This document shows positions 61,475 to 64,000 of a stretch of DNA of 64,000 nucleotides, piece by piece. The stretch comes from an uncultured bacterium. GTDB taxonomy: Bacteria; Acidobacteriota; HRBIN11; JAKEFK01. The notes under the pieces were generated by a model. That model saw only the letters and a program-made list of their open reading frames with translations, was not told where the DNA came from and searched no databases. Every line of letters starts with the position of its first letter. The stretch's first letter is position 1. The position numbers were made by a program, and so were the translations under genes. The stretch is from positions 1,088,001-1,152,000 of the forward strand of contig CAVZQN010000004.1 in NCBI GenBank assembly GCA_963777505.1, read 5' to 3'.

Positions 61475-62738
61475 TTTCTTGAAGTTTCCCTTCCAGGCCG
61501 CCGACTTCGCTGGAAACGACAACAACAACCTTGCATTCCTTTAGGACGCCATGTTCATCGTCCGCATCCACAATTTTTTGGGCATCTGCTTCGCTTACAA
61601 TCAAAGTTGCTTTCAGTTTCCCATCGGTACCAGCAGCTTTCACAAGCATGGGATTATAACCCTGCCTGCGTTTTTTCTGCTGTGGCTGCGGGGGATCAGG
61701 CGAATAACTCGCGCGAATAATTGTTGCATTCGGATATAATCGCGAAATTTTGACTTCCCGGGCAACGACTGCATACGATGCCATTCCCCGTTTTTGTAAA
61801 TCTTCCTGATTCACTTTGCTGACGCCATAGACTTCACGTTTTTGCGTATCTTGAACTCGCGGAAAAATGGCAGGAGTCGCCGGTATCGCGCGTGCATCAA
61901 TCACAATGCCTGTGAACTGTTCGGGTTTCGGTTCAGTTTTGGAAGGTTCTTTTTTCACTGCTTGTTTTTTGCGGGTCGGAACAATCACTTCGGCAACAGC
62001 AGGAGGTGGCGGAGTATAAAATCCATAAAGAGTCATGCTCAAGCCTTTTACACCACGAACTGGCGCTCGCACTGTAACATTTACAGTGGTGCCCAGTCTT
62101 GAACGTGCAACAACCTCAGCACCCTGAACAAAGCCTTCGAGCGCGAAACTCATTCGTGATTCTTCACCGGCCTTCATCCGGTCATCTACAGGAATGTCAT
62201 GAACAATTTCAAGAAGATGGGCTTTTGCGTCAACTTCTGCTGCACGTGCGGCCTCTTCTTCACTCTGACCATCACCGATTACACCTTTACCATAGGCATG
62301 TATAAATCCTTCACCCCAATTCACTTCACCTTGTGGATATTTCTGCAGATAATTCTGCATCGGTTCGCCAAGCTCTTCTCGTTCTTCGGCTTTGTTCATT
62401 ACATATTCAGAAGGGATCGCAACATTGGCTTGTATTTTTACCCAATATCGATTTCCTCTTTTTTGTTCTGCAAGAATTGAGTAACGCAAGCTTGCGGCAG
62501 ATTGCGCAAAAATAGTGCGGGCATTTGGCAGCTCTTCAACTTTGATGTAAGTTCCATAAGCTTTTTCAACAGCATCTCGTGCAGCTGCTGCAAGTGCCAC
62601 TGTTCTTGCTGCTGCAGTATCTCCCCCTTGAATATCAACTTCCTTTTCAGCAGTCACAGCAACAAGTTTTTCATCTGCAAAGCAAACGTTAAACAATCCA
62701 AGAAGGATCAAAACTGTCAATGCAAAGTGCGTTTTCAT
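61446..62738 (-). CDS. Secreted LPP20-like domain protein
   Basis: Signal peptide; VNWGEG.I.A.G, AARAA..DA, FTGIVIDAR..PAIFPR pattern. Confidence 0.6.
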   Translation of the reverse strand: MKTHFALTVLILLGLFNVCFADEKLVAVTAEKEVDIQGGDTAAARTVALAAAARDAVEKAYGTYIKVEELPNARTIFAQSAASLRYSILAEQKRGNRYWVKIQANVAIPSEYVMNKAEEREELGEPMQNYLQKYPQGEVNWGEGFIHAYGKGVIGDGQSEEEAARAAEVDAKAHLLEIVHDIPVDDRMKAGEESRMSFALEGFVQGAEVVARSRLGTTVNVTVRAPVRGVKGLSMTLYGFYTPPPPAVAEVIVPTRKKQAVKKEPSKTEPKPEQFTGIVIDARAIPATPAIFPRVQDTQKREVYGVSKVNQEDLQKRGMASYAVVAREVKISRLYPNATIIRASYSPDPPQPQQKKRRQGYNPMLVKAAGTDGKLKATLIVSEADAQKIVDADDEHGVLKECKVVVVVSSEVGGLEGKLQERGSQTSRLH

Positions 62739-62740
62739 AT

Positions 62741-64000
62741 TTACTCCGAAAGAACCTGCAGGCGATTGATCATGGAAAGAGCTTCGGCTCCTGAAACTGG
62801 ACGATTCATATGGAATTTCCCATCCACGTCAAGGCTGACGACGCCAGCCGCAATCGTCTTCATCACCATAGAATGGTAAATATTACTATGAGGAACGTCG
62901 GATATGATCATGTCGGCATTTTCCTCGCGGGATTGAATCTTCTTCCCTTCATTGCCTTCTAAAATCTGAAGAATCCTTGCAGCTGCTCGCGTCAACTCAA
63001 TTTTTGTAATCCATCGAGAGGGCTGAAACGTACGATTGGGAAAAACTTCGATCATTCCTAGCTCAACAGCTTTTCGGATGTAATTTGTGGCCCAATGATC
63101 AAATGCATCCACAACAATCACTGAACCTGATGAAGAATATTTTGCGAGAAATTTCAAGTTTGTAAAAATTAAGGCTGCGAGTTGGGCACGCGTAATTTCA
63201 GAAGTTTGCGCAATATTTTTATATTCCTCAGGCATCGCTTCAAAAGCGAGAAGTTTTCTCAGCTCACCAATATGCTGTTGTATAACGGCACTTGGTGCAA
63301 TTTGCTCTACTTTTTCATAAGTTTCTAATGCTTTCTGATATTGATCTAAGTGCACCAGACATTCGGCATAGGCAAGTTGGATAACTGGCTCATCGGAAAG
63401 TTGTTCGCCTGATTGTTCCAATGATGTGATTGCTTCCTCGCACTGTCCTAGTTTTAGCTGGATTGTCGCAATTTCCAGCGGGATCAGAGATATTTCCGGC
63501 GCGAATTTCTGGGCTTCTTTGTATAACTCAATTCCTTTTTCAGGATTCGTTTTTGCTTCCTCACGCGCCTGAGTGAGTAAAAATTCAGTGGCTTTTAACC
63601 GCAAAATCTTTTGTGCCTGGTCTATGCCAGGATATTCAGGCTTAATCCGCTGCAGTTCATCCCAATGTTTTAAGGCTTCCTCATATTTGATCTGCTGTTC
63701 CAAAACAACCGCCAGAGCATAATGAGCCTGAATATAATCAGGATTCTTATCAAGAGCACCACGAATGTAACGCTCGGCGGAATCTAAATCATTTTCTGCC
63801 AAATAGGTGTAACCGATTGCCAGAAAGGCAGGATAATAATTCGGATCTTTTCTTAATGCTTTTTGAAATTCTTCCCTGGCTTTCGGTTGATTCCCTTTAC
63901 TGTATTGAGCGTAGCCTTTGTTGTAATCGGAGGATGCAGCGATCGAAGTTTCATGTGTTGGATTCTGAAGGGGTGTTTTTGGAGGATGTAACTGTACAGC
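62741..64000 (-). CDS. TPR protein with C-terminal SLH-like domains (5' truncated by window)
   Basis: Frame open to base 64000; TPR repeats; ITRAQLA, DHWA..I, FQPSRWITK, FHMNRPVSGAE. Confidence 0.8.
   Translation of the reverse strand, partial: AVQLHPPKTPLQNPTHETSIAASSDYNKGYAQYSKGNQPKAREEFQKALRKDPNYYPAFLAIGYTYLAENDLDSAERYIRGALDKNPDYIQAHYALAVVLEQQIKYEEALKHWDELQRIKPEYPGIDQAQKILRLKATEFLLTQAREEAKTNPEKGIELYKEAQKFAPEISLIPLEIATIQLKLGQCEEAITSLEQSGEQLSDEPVIQLAYAECLVHLDQYQKALETYEKVEQIAPSAVIQQHIGELRKLLAFEAMPEEYKNIAQTSEITRAQLAALIFTNLKFLAKYSSSGSVIVVDAFDHWATNYIRKAVELGMIEVFPNRTFQPSRWITKIELTRAAARILQILEGNEGKKIQSREENADMIISDVPHSNIYHSMVMKTIAAGVVSLDVDGKFHMNRPVSGAEALSMINRLQVLSE

Noticed and set aside
61402-61536. 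N-terminal extension of the cyclase ORF with the repeated peptide ADVPSAL
   Set aside because: It is the translation of the REP-like tandem and overlaps the upstream gene; ATG 61401 is the more plausible start.

Overview
A 64 kb stretch of chromosome from a moderately AT-rich diderm bacterium (it has an Omp85-type gene; the lineage cannot be determined from the sequence alone). It is mostly housekeeping and envelope genes: lemA/TPM, glgA, proC, MATE, gap, archaeal-type topoisomerase VI (top6B/top6A), pta, a 2-oxoacid dehydrogenase supercluster (3 E1-alpha, 2 E1-beta, 2 E2, 1 E3, lipB, threonine dehydratase), nth, nfo, a DHH phosphoesterase and a CHASE2 adenylate cyclase. I found no rRNA, tRNA, CRISPR array, transposase or integrase. 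Nine genes carry net single-base frameshifts, mostly +1, which most likely reflect long-read consensus errors, so they are reported as joined CDSs. The most notable observations are: (1) several families of short dispersed repeats sitting at gene junctions, sometimes supplying stop codons, start codons or SD sites, or translated in-frame; (2) a soluble Ser/Thr kinase-STAND ATPase-TPR-SBP family 5 fusion; (3) three E1-alpha paralogues for only two E1-beta; (4) a candidate leader-peptide attenuator before the MATE pump; (5) an archaeal-like Lrp facing an orphan promoter and a structured sRNA candidate. Functional calls come from motif recognition by eye; no database searches were run.
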